From IMG/VR virus record IMGVR_UViG_3300037258_000352, positions 40,287-104,286 of that record: a stretch of 64,000 bases of DNA; one strand, written 5' to 3'. Position numbers and translations under genes: made by a program. This stretch comes from a virus. Shown here piece by piece: positions 39,491-49,248 of this stretch; the stretch's first letter is position 1, and every line of letters begins with the position of its first letter. Under the pieces are notes generated by a model. That model had not been told where the DNA came from, did not search any database, and worked only from the letters and a program-made list of their open reading frames with translations.

Positions 39491-40405
39491 TCAGTTTCCC
39501 TCCGTGTCGTTACTGGTATCGAGTGCTCCGCTTTCCCACGCGTTCTCTAACCGCTTCTCCGTCCACCTCGGCAACGCTAGGGACACCACCCCCGCCGGGT
39601 ACCCGGGCCATACTCCGGTGCGGGTGCATTCCCGGTAGGTGTCGATCGCTTTCCGGTTCAGAACTCTCCCCCACTGGATCGCTTCCGGCTCGGGTTGCGC
39701 GACCCGTACTAAATAGGGGGGGTCCGACATTTGGAACACCAGCAGGAACACCACCCCCGCCGGTCCGACCAGACCGAGGGCCTCCGCGGCGTCGATGTAC
39801 CACGCGCCCTGCTGGGCGTAGCCGTAGGTCGCCATCGTTTTTTCCATCGCGGTGACGTCGACACCTACCGTAGTTTTATAGTCGCAGATGATCATCGGGT
39901 CGGTGTCATCACCGGGGATGACCAGGTCCAACCGGGCCCGCCGCCACACCTCGAACTCGTAGTCCACCCAGAACATCGACTGCTCCACCGCACCCCGACC
40001 TGGGTGGAACAGGGCACGGGCGTCGGGGTTCGCGCGGAGCACCGACTCCATTTCCCGGGTCCGGGCGTAGTCCCGGAGCAGCATCGGGACCCGGCCTGCG
40101 GCGTGCGCGAAGGCCTTCTGCTGCTGCGCGGCTTTGGTTTTCCAGTCGTCCGCGTCGACGACGACGATGGGGGACCCGACGCCGAGCATCCGCCAGTGCG
40201 CGGCGGTCCCGAAGTCCATCGCCTTGGTCCGAGGGCCGGTGCGGTGCCGCCAGTGATGGAACAACGCGGGGCACGACGGGGGCAGCAACCGGCGCGCACC
40301 TGATGACGACAGGGACCCACCCGGGACCAAGTCCCGGTGGTAGTCCTCATCGGTCATGTCGTACACACCGGGGGTGTCGATGATGACCTGCTCGACAGTG
40401 GTCAC
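39491..40405 (-). CDS. RecE/exonuclease VIII-like PD-(D/E)XK nuclease (DUF3799-like)
   Basis: LSSSG, FGTAAH, EQS.FW, RARLD, DYKT, YGY..Q.AWY. Confidence 0.9.
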   Translation of the reverse strand: MTTVEQVIIDTPGVYDMTDEDYHRDLVPGGSLSSSGARRLLPPSCPALFHHWRHRTGPRTKAMDFGTAAHWRMLGVGSPIVVVDADDWKTKAAQQQKAFAHAAGRVPMLLRDYARTREMESVLRANPDARALFHPGRGAVEQSMFWVDYEFEVWRRARLDLVIPGDDTDPMIICDYKTTVGVDVTAMEKTMATYGYAQQGAWYIDAAEALGLVGPAGVVFLLVFQMSDPPYLVRVAQPEPEAIQWGRVLNRKAIDTYRECTRTGVWPGYPAGVVSLALPRWTEKRLENAWESGALDTSNDTEGN

Positions 40406-41133
40406 CTGGGGTCCGCGTGGCTGAATGGGACCTCGATAACGGTGGGTCGCGGGGTGGGGACAGACAGGTCCATCACCGAGTCCACCGCGAGGACCGCGGC
40501 GATGCACTCCGTCAAATCCCGGCGCAACTCCGGGGACAACCGCAGCCGGTACTTCGGAGCGGGCCGGGACTCGAACTCAAATACGGTCTGGGTCTCATGC
40601 CACCGCTGCCGTAACCGCGCGGGGAACGCCCAACTCTGGGCGTCGGCGTCACCTTCTACGTCGCGGACGCACCACACCAGCATCTGGTCCGGGCGGGCCA
40701 GCGACGGCCGGACCCCGTCGGCGCGGAGAACGGGGATCCCTTGGAACGTCCACCCACCCGGTTCCCACCGCACCAAACGGATCGGGGGAACTGTTTTATC
40801 GGATCGGGAATCGGTTGCGTACCTGGCCCGTAGTTCAGCGTCGGGGGGTAACGCTGGCATGTATCGAACGTCGAGCCCATCCGCGACTACCCACGGGTAC
40901 GCGGATGCGTAACTCAACGGCACCCCAGGTCGGCGGCTGATCACACCCTTATCCCGGAGGGAGTCGATGATGTTCCCCACGTTCTGTCGGGATGTCCCCC
41001 ATTCTTGGGCGATCTCTCCGGAACTTTTCCCGGCGCGCATAGCGTCGAGGAGTTGCCATTCCCGGGTGGACAGGTCTATGGGCACAGACGCCTCCTGCGT
41101 GTCAGATGGTTGGAGCGCGACAAGCCCCATCAT
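40402..41133 (-). CDS. HTH DNA-binding protein
   Basis: LSTRE..LL....GKSSGEIA...GTSRQNV. Confidence 0.7.
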   Translation of the reverse strand: MMGLVALQPSDTQEASVPIDLSTREWQLLDAMRAGKSSGEIAQEWGTSRQNVGNIIDSLRDKGVISRRPGVPLSYASAYPWVVADGLDVRYMPALPPDAELRARYATDSRSDKTVPPIRLVRWEPGGWTFQGIPVLRADGVRPSLARPDQMLVWCVRDVEGDADAQSWAFPARLRQRWHETQTVFEFESRPAPKYRLRLSPELRRDLTECIAAVLAVDSVMDLSVPTPRPTVIEVPFSHADPR

Positions 41134-41139
41134 TTGGTC

Positions 41140-41208
41140 CCTCCGTGTCTGCCGGTCCGCTACCGACGCTTACCGCATGATCCTACACCTGCACCCACTA
41201 CCTGACTA
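41140..41208 (-). promoter_or_regulatory. Promoter (weak -35) + hairpin + extended SD cassette
   Basis: TAGTCA-N17-TAGGAT; GTCGGT-AGCGG-ACCGGC; GACACGGAGG. Confidence 0.65.
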
Positions 41209-41468
41209 TGTGTTGGGGGTGTCGGTGAGGTAGTAACCGACACCCGTCCCGCGCTTGCACAGGGCCTCGTACCAACCCCACCCGGCGCGCCGGGCGACCG
41301 GATGCTCGTGACGCTGCGTGCAATACGGGCACAGGACGACCCCAACCATCCACCGCCCCAACCCCGGATCCCCGGGGTCCCGGTCCTCGATCTCCGAGGA
41401 GTAGGTGTTCACCCGACGCCCGGGGTCCTCATCGAAACCGACCGTCGGGTGATCACCCATGTACCGGA

Positions 41469-42227
41469 TCACCCGACGCCACCGAACGTGAGGACACCCT
41501 GCGACAGTCGGGCTGTCACCGCCCGTTCACACTGCGCTTCCCGCTTCTCGAACCCGATCGCACGCCGGCCCGTCGCTCGAGCTGCGACCAGCGTGGAGCA
41601 GCTACCAGCGAAGCAATCAAGGATCAGACCACCCAGTGGACAGCCGTATTCAATCAGAGGCTCAAGGATCCCCCGTGGCTTCTCAGTCTCGTTAATAGCG
41701 GTGCCGTGCATGGATCGTGAGTAGATGACCGAGCCCATCATGCGAGGACCACCGTTGTGACTCACATAGGAACCAGAGTCGATGTGCCCGGTGTGGGCCG
41801 GTTGTGCCTTGCGACGGACCTGCTTCTTGACTGCATCCTGCGTCGTTGGGGCGAGATGGTGAACGTCCGACCACGGACCTCGGTACCAGTGCGTTGCGTG
41901 CTCATGCATTCGCCGGAATCGGTCAGCGTGGAACGTTGACCCGTTGTGCTTCTCCCACACCACGTCCTGCGAGAACTTCCAGCCCGTGAACTCATCCCGC
42001 CTATCGAGGAACATCCGCATCGACCCGAAACACCACATCGAGTTCCCCGGGATCAGCGACGGCCACCCAGCGGGCCACCGGTCCCAATCCAGACTCGTCT
42101 CCCCGTACGGGGGATCACACACGGTGAGGTCCGGGACGATCCCCAACTCGGGGAGGATGTCCCGGAAGTCCCCGCAGTACAACGTGACCTCGTCGTCGGC
42201 GTAGTAGGGCTCCGGGCGGGTCACCAT
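41469..42227 (-). CDS. DNA N6-adenine/N4-cytosine methyltransferase (beta-type)
   Basis: DPPY, TEKP, LDCFAGSCST. Confidence 0.9.
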   Translation of the reverse strand: MVTRPEPYYADDEVTLYCGDFRDILPELGIVPDLTVCDPPYGETSLDWDRWPAGWPSLIPGNSMWCFGSMRMFLDRRDEFTGWKFSQDVVWEKHNGSTFHADRFRRMHEHATHWYRGPWSDVHHLAPTTQDAVKKQVRRKAQPAHTGHIDSGSYVSHNGGPRMMGSVIYSRSMHGTAINETEKPRGILEPLIEYGCPLGGLILDCFAGSCSTLVAARATGRRAIGFEKREAQCERAVTARLSQGVLTFGGVG

Positions 42228-44614
42228 GGTTGCCCGATCCCTATCCGGGCGTACTTCCCCACGAACGACAGCCGCACGTCCCCCGTCGGCCCGTTCCTAT
42301 GTTTGTCGACGATCACCGTGATGTCCTGCGGTTCGTCATCACGACGCCACAGCAACAGGATCTTCGACGCGTTGTGACCCACCGCGCGGGACTCCCGCAG
42401 GTCCTCCTTCGTTGGCCGGCCACCGATCCGTTTCGTCGGCTCCGAGTTGAGCTGATGCAACACCACGATCGGGCACCCGAGCTGCTTCGCGAGCTCCTTA
42501 AGCTCCCACGACAACCGCGACAACTGCTCCTGCCGGGACACCTTCGGATCCGCCGGCGACATCAACGACAACTGATCCACCACCACCAACCCCGGGTGCC
42601 CCAACTGCTGACACCGCGCCCGGATCTGCGCCACAGACAACCCGGGGGTGTCATCCACCCACAAGGGCCACTCCTGAATCCGCTCCGCAGCTTTCTTCGC
42701 CCGGTACTGATCTTCCGGTCCGAGCTGGTGTTCCATCAGATCCGACAGGGGGACGGTGCCAACGTCCGCGACCCACCGGGCCATGACCTCATCCGTCGTC
42801 ATTTCCAGGGTGAACATCACCGTCCGGACCCCGTCTTGGGCCGCGGCCCGCGCGATCGACCCCCCGAACAGGGAGTTGTGCGTAGGGATCATCGTCGGCC
42901 CTGCGAGGTAGAGGTGATCACTGTTGTCGACCTCGATACACCGCACGGGGACGCTTGCCACTGGCCGGACCGCGCGAATCATCCTGCGGGATGACCGCTG
43001 TGGGGCTCTCTGCCGCTCTACTTTCCTGGTTAGTTTGAAGACTTTGTCTCCGGGCGTAAAATTGATCATGTAGCAGGTTGAGGACTTCTCCGTCCTGCCT
43101 TTGACCCGTTTGGTTCGCATGGTGGCTCGGTACCCAAGACTCAGGATCAGTTCTAGAGTTCCCTCGGCCAGCACCTTGCTGGTGACAGCGAACTGGACCT
43201 TTCCTAGTTTGCAGACATACCCGTCGGTGTCTAGTAGCCCGGCTAGTAGCTCCCGGCGTTGTCCTACAGACGCCCGCAGGTAGGCGACCGGAATGTGTTT
43301 GTTCATCACTAAACCGGCGCGCCTTAGATCTGTGATCAGTCCATAGACTGTCCTATGGGGACACGTCCTCACTGCTTTCCCGATGGGTGGCCCTACTTCA
43401 TAACCGCAGAACGAGATGTTGTCGAACACTTCTGGATCAGCGCCGCACATCGTCCCATGCAAGGAATCACCGTCTCCGAGCCAGCAACCCAACACATAAG
43501 GATCTATCGGGAGATCTTCCGACTCGGGTAACTCCAACGGAGCTGCCAGCTTGACCGAGTGGTTGACGTATGTCCCGAATCGGAGCGTCGCCATGATCTG
43601 CTCCGTCGTCACCACTGAGGGATGGATCTGCTTCCACCGCTGGTCGATGGAATAAGGGGAGGTCCTGGCCAGGGTGTTATCAACGTGGGTGCATCGTGAA
43701 GATCGTGTCTCCGTCAGCCACTGGTGATCTGCGTCCGCTACGAGCACTGATCCGTCAGAGAACTCCACCTCATAGCAGGGACGACCCGTCATCACCGGGG
43801 TCGCGTTCGTGACCGTGGTCGGTTTGCCGTCCGCTCCGAACACTTGGTCGCCTACCTGAACCGTGCCCATGGTCGTCCAACCTGTCGGCGTGGCCAGGGG
43901 CGTATCCAGAGCGAGAGCCTTCCCGACGCTGGTGTTGGCTGCGACGACGATCAGCTCACCGATCCGCAACCCCCCGGAGAGTTGCTCATCGAGCGCTGGC
44001 CACGACGTTTTCACGACCCCCACCGGAGGCCGGTCCAACGACTCAATGAACGACCACACCGCCGGCTCCGCATGCACCAGCGTCTGCGACTGGTCCCGGG
44101 ACGTGGTGGCGTCGGTGAACTCCCGGCGCGCGAAGTCCAACACCTCATCCAGCGACGCGCCTTTCGACCCGTGCTCCGCGAGTTGAGTGATCCGCAAACC
44201 GGCCTCCCGGACCCGCCGCAGCACAGCTTTCGCGGCGACGATCTCCGCGTAGTAGGTGACGTTCGCGGCGGTGGGAGTGGCTTGCATCAGGGTGTGCAGG
44301 TACGGGCCGCCCCCCACCCGCAGGAGCTCACCACGCCGGTCCAACTCCTCCGACACGGTCACAGGGTCCGCGGGTTCCCCGCCCGCCCACAACGCCGTCA
44401 CAGCAGCCCAGATTTGGCTGTGACCGGGCCGGTAGAAGTCTTCCGGGGTCAACACCCCGGCGACGTCGTCCAACGCCCTAAACGACACCAGAACCGACCC
44501 GAGGACCGCTTGCTCCGCGTGGAGGTCCTGCGGTGGCTGGTTGTCCAGCTCGGGTTCGCCCTCCTCGCTCGGGGCGTCGTCCCATCCGGAGGTGTCAGCG
44601 GACACCGGGAACAC
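42221..44614 (-). CDS. dnaB: Replicative DNA helicase DnaB with intein
   Basis: PPQDLHAEQAVLG, AANTSVGK|S, FTLEM, VVDQL, QLN, DLRES, KHRNGP. Confidence 0.95.
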   Translation of the reverse strand: MFPVSADTSGWDDAPSEEGEPELDNQPPQDLHAEQAVLGSVLVSFRALDDVAGVLTPEDFYRPGHSQIWAAVTALWAGGEPADPVTVSEELDRRGELLRVGGGPYLHTLMQATPTAANVTYYAEIVAAKAVLRRVREAGLRITQLAEHGSKGASLDEVLDFARREFTDATTSRDQSQTLVHAEPAVWSFIESLDRPPVGVVKTSWPALDEQLSGGLRIGELIVVAANTSVGKALALDTPLATPTGWTTMGTVQVGDQVFGADGKPTTVTNATPVMTGRPCYEVEFSDGSVLVADADHQWLTETRSSRCTHVDNTLARTSPYSIDQRWKQIHPSVVTTEQIMATLRFGTYVNHSVKLAAPLELPESEDLPIDPYVLGCWLGDGDSLHGTMCGADPEVFDNISFCGYEVGPPIGKAVRTCPHRTVYGLITDLRRAGLVMNKHIPVAYLRASVGQRRELLAGLLDTDGYVCKLGKVQFAVTSKVLAEGTLELILSLGYRATMRTKRVKGRTEKSSTCYMINFTPGDKVFKLTRKVERQRAPQRSSRRMIRAVRPVASVPVRCIEVDNSDHLYLAGPTMIPTHNSLFGGSIARAAAQDGVRTVMFTLEMTTDEVMARWVADVGTVPLSDLMEHQLGPEDQYRAKKAAERIQEWPLWVDDTPGLSVAQIRARCQQLGHPGLVVVDQLSLMSPADPKVSRQEQLSRLSWELKELAKQLGCPIVVLHQLNSEPTKRIGGRPTKEDLRESRAVGHNASKILLLWRRDDEPQDITVIVDKHRNGPTGDVRLSFVGKYARIGIGQPW
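42875..43918 (-). mobile_element. Class 3 intein (348 aa) with LAGLIDADG homing endonuclease in the DnaB P-loop
   Basis: Starts ALALDTP, HQW (block B), VRC (block F), PTHN|S; LGCWLGDG and LAGLLDTDG motifs. Confidence 0.92.
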
Positions 44615-45248
44615 CCCGACGCAAATCCGGGCCCCTGAACGGGACCACCGTGGCCGACTCCATCAGCCGGGACGTCACCCGCTCACCGAACTTCTCACCG
44701 AACTCACTAGGCGGAACATTCGTGGTGATCAAAGTCGGGCGCATCCACTCATACCGGGCATTAATCAACCGGTCGAACACCTCATCAGTCCACGCCGAAT
44801 CCTTCGTTGCGCCCACGTCGTCGATGACCAGGACCGACGCCCCAGCGAGGCCCTCGAACACCTCTTCCGAGTCCACCCCCTGCCGCGGCCGTAACGACGC
44901 GAACAACCCCGTCGCCGTCACAAACTGCCACCGGCAATACACCCCCGACACCGACAAGGCCCGCAACGCCCCCCACGCCTGCCAAGACTTCCCACGACCG
45001 GCCTTACCCGCCAACACCAACGACGGTCCCGACCGGATCACCGGGTACTGGTTCCGCATCCCATCGACCGCTTCCGCGATGACATCCCGGACCCACCGGT
45101 CAACCTGCGGATCGGTCACGGTCGCGTCCCGGTGCCGGGCCGGTAAGTGTTCCTGCAGCCGGGTTCGTCCTTCCTTGTCGGCTTCCTCGATGGCGTAATC
45201 CGCTGCCCCATCGTCGGTGGTGACCCGCACTATCACCGCATCACTCAT
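44595..45248 (-). CDS. DnaC/IstB-like helicase loader ATPase
   Basis: GKAGRGKS, LVIDDVG, INARY, ITTN, RVTSRL. Confidence 0.9.
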   Translation of the reverse strand: MSDAVIVRVTTDDGAADYAIEEADKEGRTRLQEHLPARHRDATVTDPQVDRWVRDVIAEAVDGMRNQYPVIRSGPSLVLAGKAGRGKSWQAWGALRALSVSGVYCRWQFVTATGLFASLRPRQGVDSEEVFEGLAGASVLVIDDVGATKDSAWTDEVFDRLINARYEWMRPTLITTNVPPSEFGEKFGERVTSRLMESATVVPFRGPDLRRGVPGVR

Positions 45249-45265
45249 GATCGTTGTCCTCCGTG

Positions 45266-46204
45266 TCAGTAGTTCATCGGCGCGTCATACGCGTCGTCCG
45301 CGAGGTGCTCGAAATGCCGCGCGTAACCTCCGCTACCCCGCCTATCGCTGCCCGAGCGCCCAGCGTTACCGACCGTGGCCGGCTCGTCCTCCCACCGCTG
45401 CCCGTTGAGCCACGTCGTCGCGTGCGCCACGTAGGACCCCGTCCGGTGCAGCTCCACGACGTACCGATCCAACCCAGCCATGATCACATCCGGGTCGGCT
45501 GCCTTGATCGCTTTCGGCCACGCCTTCCACGCGTCCTTCTTGGCCGTCTTTCGGGGGTAAACCGCCCAGAACTTGGCGAAGGTTTCCTCGGCTTTGCGGT
45601 TGATCGGGACAACCGGCCTAGACGAGGTCGGTGAGGGCATCCCGTCCAGCGTTCCCTGTCCGTCCTGGCTGGGGTTGGCCTGCGCCGCGCGCGCGGGTGC
45701 GCCTACGCGTGTGTGCGCCCGCGCCCGTGGAGAGATGATCTCTTCGTTAGAAGAGATCAAGGGGTTAGTGGTCGGTTCCACTGGTCGGTTAACTTCAAAA
45801 GAGTCTTTGGCCGGCTCAGCAGGTGAGCCGGGGGGGGCCTGCAGGTGAGCCGGGGGGGGCTCAGGGATGGACCGGGGGGGGCTCACCTTTGGTGGGAGCG
45901 TCGAAATGTGGAAGTTCCACCCGGCGAGCCCCCCGTCACTTCTGGTCCGGGCGGTCTTCGCGACGACGTTGATCTCTTCCAGTTTCACCATCGCTCGTTT
46001 GTAGGAGGAGACGCTGAGGCCGGCTCGTTCAGCGACCGCTTCTCGGCTGGGGAAGCAGTCACCGCCGCTGTCGGCGAAGCTGCGGAGCGCGATGTAGACG
46101 CGGAGACTGGCGCCGTCGAGGTCGTATTGGAGTAGCCAGATCGGGATGATCGAGTACGGGCCGATGTCTGTGGTGACCCGGGAGTTCTCTTGCTGTTCGC
46201 TCAT
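45266..46204 (-). CDS. Phage replication initiator (N-terminal wHTH)
   Basis: CFPSREAVAERAGLS; F..FW.VYPRK..K; WLN..RWED. Confidence 0.85.
   Translation of the reverse strand: MSEQQENSRVTTDIGPYSIIPIWLLQYDLDGASLRVYIALRSFADSGGDCFPSREAVAERAGLSVSSYKRAMVKLEEINVVAKTARTRSDGGLAGWNFHISTLPPKVSPPRSIPEPPPAHLQAPPGSPAEPAKDSFEVNRPVEPTTNPLISSNEEIISPRARAHTRVGAPARAAQANPSQDGQGTLDGMPSPTSSRPVVPINRKAEETFAKFWAVYPRKTAKKDAWKAWPKAIKAADPDVIMAGLDRYVVELHRTGSYVAHATTWLNGQRWEDEPATVGNAGRSGSDRRGSGGYARHFEHLADDAYDAPMNY
45740..45886. repeat. Iteron-like repeats plus AT-richer tract, probable replication origin
   Basis: CCGGGGGGGGC at 45828, 45850, 45872 (22-bp period); GCAGGTGAGCCGGGGGGGGC twice; TTAACTTCAAAAGAGTCTTT adjacent. 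Confidence 0.75.
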
Positions 46205-46884
46205 CGGGAGCCACCGCCGACGACGTTGGTCCATTCGTGATCGAACTCGATGCGGATCCCGGACCCGTGTTGATTTCTAGGCGCGTTCACTCCGTGGTGG
46301 TATGCGCTGACGGCAGGACCGATCAGTTCGAGTGGATCTTCGGACCCGAAGTCGAACCACTCACCGTGTGCTCGATAGCGAGCCAGAGTGCAATGCAGGT
46401 GCGCCTCCAGGGCGTATCCCCCGGGTGTAGTCCACTGAACTTCTAGCGGAGCCGGCGACATGTTTCGGATCGAACGGAGCCGCGCCGACACGTTCTTGGT
46501 GCGTCCGATCTTCACAAGGCGGCTGGTTGATGAACCGATTAGGTAGACGACCTCTCCGGCCACGGGAGAGCGGGGGGCGGTCACCTTCTGCGCCCCTCGC
46601 GTCCCGGTCAGTGCGCTAGCTAGTAGCGATGGGATCGTCCACGAGATGTGTCCCGCAGGATGCTCGTCTACTTCGAGTTCTCCCAGCGTGACGAGGTTGT
46701 TCACGGATTGTCGAGTTGTGGCGAGATCTAGCCGGGCTAGGTCAGCTACTTGCTGGTAGCTGCCTGCGACTCCGGAGTGGTCGTCGCCACCTCCGCTGCA
46801 CTCGGTCAAGCAGAGGAAGACGAAAACGTCGGTGCTGGTGGCAGCAGAGTTCCGCCAGACCCATGCGGTGGTGCGGGCGCTCAT
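46201..46884 (-). CDS. wHTH + GIY-YIG (T5orf172-like) protein
   Basis: WVWRNS N-terminus; VYLIG...VKIGRT...RL...E..LH...GEWF. Confidence 0.85.
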   Translation of the reverse strand: MSARTTAWVWRNSAATSTDVFVFLCLTECSGGGDDHSGVAGSYQQVADLARLDLATTRQSVNNLVTLGELEVDEHPAGHISWTIPSLLASALTGTRGAQKVTAPRSPVAGEVVYLIGSSTSRLVKIGRTKNVSARLRSIRNMSPAPLEVQWTTPGGYALEAHLHCTLARYRAHGEWFDFGSEDPLELIGPAVSAYHHGVNAPRNQHGSGIRIEFDHEWTNVVGGGSR

Positions 46885-46975
46885 GACGCCACCGTCAGCG
46901 AGGAGGCGTTGGATGGGATGGTCGTGGACATGTGGTACGTTTCCTTTACTCAGTTCTCATTGATTGGCATGGATG

Positions 46976-47001
46976 GAAGCGGCCCCGTGGCAGGGCCGCT
47001 T
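46976..47001 (-). terminator. Hairpin downstream of sigma gene
   Basis: AAGCGGCCC-TGCCACG-GGGCCGCTT. Confidence 0.6.
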
Positions 47002-47017
47002 TCGTCGTTTCAGGGGC

Positions 47018-47668
47018 TCACGCCACCACCCCCACGTCCTCGTGGAGCCATGACGCAGCGTCGTCGGGGAGTAGCTGAGCGAGACGCCTGATCGCCCTGT
47101 GCTGCAGCGCTTTCACGGCACCGTCGTTGCGGTTCAATGCCGCTGCGGTCTCCGTGACGGACAGGCCAGCGTAGAACCGTAGGCCGATGCAATCCCGCTG
47201 GTCTCTGGGTAGTTTCCGGAGACACGTCGTGAGGTGCTGGGCGTAGAACTTGGTCATGATCCGGCTGATGGCTTCGCCGGCGGTGTTTTCTTCCGCGTAC
47301 CGTTCGGGGACTTTGTCGACGGTCCGGTCCCAGCGGTGTCTCGCTGATCGGACGTGGTCGAGGAGGAGGTTCCGGGCGATGGTGACGACCCACGCACCGA
47401 ACTCTTTCCCGTTGCCACGGTCAGCGACGGATTGGATCCTCCGCAGTGCGCGGCACCACACTTCACCGGCCATTTGCTCGACGGTGGAGCGGTCGCGGTC
47501 GTCGAGCCGGTAGAGGAGGTACCGGTAGATCATCAGGTGGTGTCGTTCGTACAGGACGCTGAAAGCGTCGCGGCCTGTGTCGCCGCCCTGCTGGGCGAGG
47601 GTGACGAGTTCCCAGTCCCCGAGTGGGGCGTTGTCCAGTACGTTTACTGTCGATGGCTGAGCGGTCAT
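47018..47668 (-). CDS. ECF sigma factor, BldN-like
   Basis: RALRRI...FGAWVVTIARNL..DH..S.R.R; LRFYAGLSVTETA...NDGAVKALQHRAIRRLAQLLPDD closely matches BldN as recalled. Confidence 0.9.
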   Translation of the reverse strand: MTAQPSTVNVLDNAPLGDWELVTLAQQGGDTGRDAFSVLYERHHLMIYRYLLYRLDDRDRSTVEQMAGEVWCRALRRIQSVADRGNGKEFGAWVVTIARNLLLDHVRSARHRWDRTVDKVPERYAEENTAGEAISRIMTKFYAQHLTTCLRKLPRDQRDCIGLRFYAGLSVTETAAALNRNDGAVKALQHRAIRRLAQLLPDDAASWLHEDVGVVA

Positions 47669-48207
47669 CGAACGATGCTCCTTCTGTGTCGGTTCTCCCC
47701 GCGGGCAGCGGGCCGGTATCGGTTAGGGGTTTCGAGGGGGACCAGTCGCGAGCTGGTCCCCCTCGCATGTGTCGGGATGGTTACCGCCCGTGGTTGGGAC
47801 GGTGAGCCCGGTCATGGAGTGGTGGGCCCGGGCGGTGTGGTGCCGGCCGTAGATGCACGTGGACCCGTCGGGGAGTTTGAAGTCGCAGTACTCCCCGCGC
47901 ATGGTGGGGGTGCCGTGCCCGAGTCGGGCCAGCAGCACGGTGATCACGGTCGCGGCGCGTTCGGCGTTCCATGCGGGGGTGGTTTTGTCGTCGGGTGAGT
48001 CCCACGCGTTGTCGAGGTCGTACAGCCACGAGGAGATGTCCTCGGCGAGGTCCGCTCGGGTAGCGGGGTCGATGAACGGGCTGAACGCGGCGGTGGCCAC
48101 TTCCTGCCCGGTCGGGCATTCCCACGCGTCGCCGTGGACGCGTGACTTGACGTGACCGAGCGCGCGGCACACCGCGGCGGTGGCCTGCTGGTGGATGTGC
48201 CGGGGCC

Positions 48208-48879
48208 TCACCATGCCACCTCGTGCTCAACGGTCCACCGCTGGTAGGTGGGCAGGGTGTAGGTCACGTCGGGGCAGGAGCGGGACAGGTCCACTGTGCT
48301 CGGGAACACGGCGACGTTGTCGGGGAAATCGGTGGCCACGGGGACAGGGTCCTCGCTGGGGTTGATCAATAGCAGCTCACCTAACGCGATGAGTTCCACC
48401 ACGGCGTCGGCGATGGGTTCAAGGTCGGCTTCGGTGTGCTGTTGGCCGCGTGCGACGTTGTCGCTGGTGTTGTTCCACAGGTACGTGTATCCGGGCCACG
48501 GCGCTGGTTCGAGGTCGGCCGCTTCGTCCCACGCGAGGTTCAACAACACTTGGCGGGCCAGGCCAGTCGCGCGGGAGTAGGCGAACACCCACTCGAACAC
48601 GTTCAGCGGCAGCCCAGTGCGGGCCTCGATCTGACGGTCGGCGAGGGTTTCCGCAGTGCACAGGATCGTGCCGTGGTGTTCGTCGTGGCGGTAGCAGTCG
48701 AGGCCCGGGTCCCACACCCAGTACCGCTGGAGGTGGTCGGTGTGTGTTTGGGGCCAGATAGCCGTAACCCCGGACTGGTCGGGGGACTGGTCCGGGGTTC
48801 GTGCTGATGCGGTGGCCCCAACGACGGGACGACAACCGTCGCTCAGCGTACCGGATGGTGGGGGGGTCGTGTGGGGCAT
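48208..48879 (-). CDS. Protein with initiator-type wHTH domain
   Basis: WVFAYSRATGLARQVLLNLA...ELIALGEL. Confidence 0.65.
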   Translation of the reverse strand: MPHTTPPPSGTLSDGCRPVVGATASARTPDQSPDQSGVTAIWPQTHTDHLQRYWVWDPGLDCYRHDEHHGTILCTAETLADRQIEARTGLPLNVFEWVFAYSRATGLARQVLLNLAWDEAADLEPAPWPGYTYLWNNTSDNVARGQQHTEADLEPIADAVVELIALGELLLINPSEDPVPVATDFPDNVAVFPSTVDLSRSCPDVTYTLPTYQRWTVEHEVAW

Positions 48880-49003
48880 GTGTGCCTCCTGGTTGTCGTG
48901 TTGTTCGGCCCTGCGGTCGAATTGCGTCGTTGGGTGGTTCCCCCCGGCGGGCATCACTCCGCAGGTTTGGTCACGTTACACCGTGAAGTCTTCCGCTGGG
49001 TAT

Positions 49004-49029
49004 ATCGCCCGCGAAGTTTTGGACGTTAC
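49004..49029 (-). promoter_or_regulatory. ECF promoter heading the leftward sigma/replication block
   Basis: GTAAC(49029-49025)-N17-CGATA in the divergent intergenic region. Confidence 0.7.
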
Positions 49030-49112
49030 TCCCCGCAGTCGATCACCACGCGCCGTGACATCACGCGCGCTGCGGAACCTCAGGTCACCGGGGACCCACA
49101 GCCGCCGGATCG

Positions 49113-49179
49113 TTGACGGGTGACCCGTTGGGTGTACGGTGGTGGGGTTGGTAGCGGACCAACACCCCTGACACGGAGG
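49113..49179 (+). promoter_or_regulatory. Housekeeping promoter + hairpin + extended SD cassette
   Basis: TTGACG-N16-TACGGT; GTTGGT-AGCGG-ACCAAC; GACACGGAGG 49170. Confidence 0.75.
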
Positions 49180-49248
49180 ACCAGCAATGCCCGATATCCG
49201 GACTCGTATCCACGGCGAGCCACCCATGGCTGAAAGCGAAGGTGGACG

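Noticed and set aside
45828-45882. G8 tracts as phase-variation switches
   Set aside because: They recur at an exact 22-bp period inside an intact initiator gene, which is better explained as iterons.
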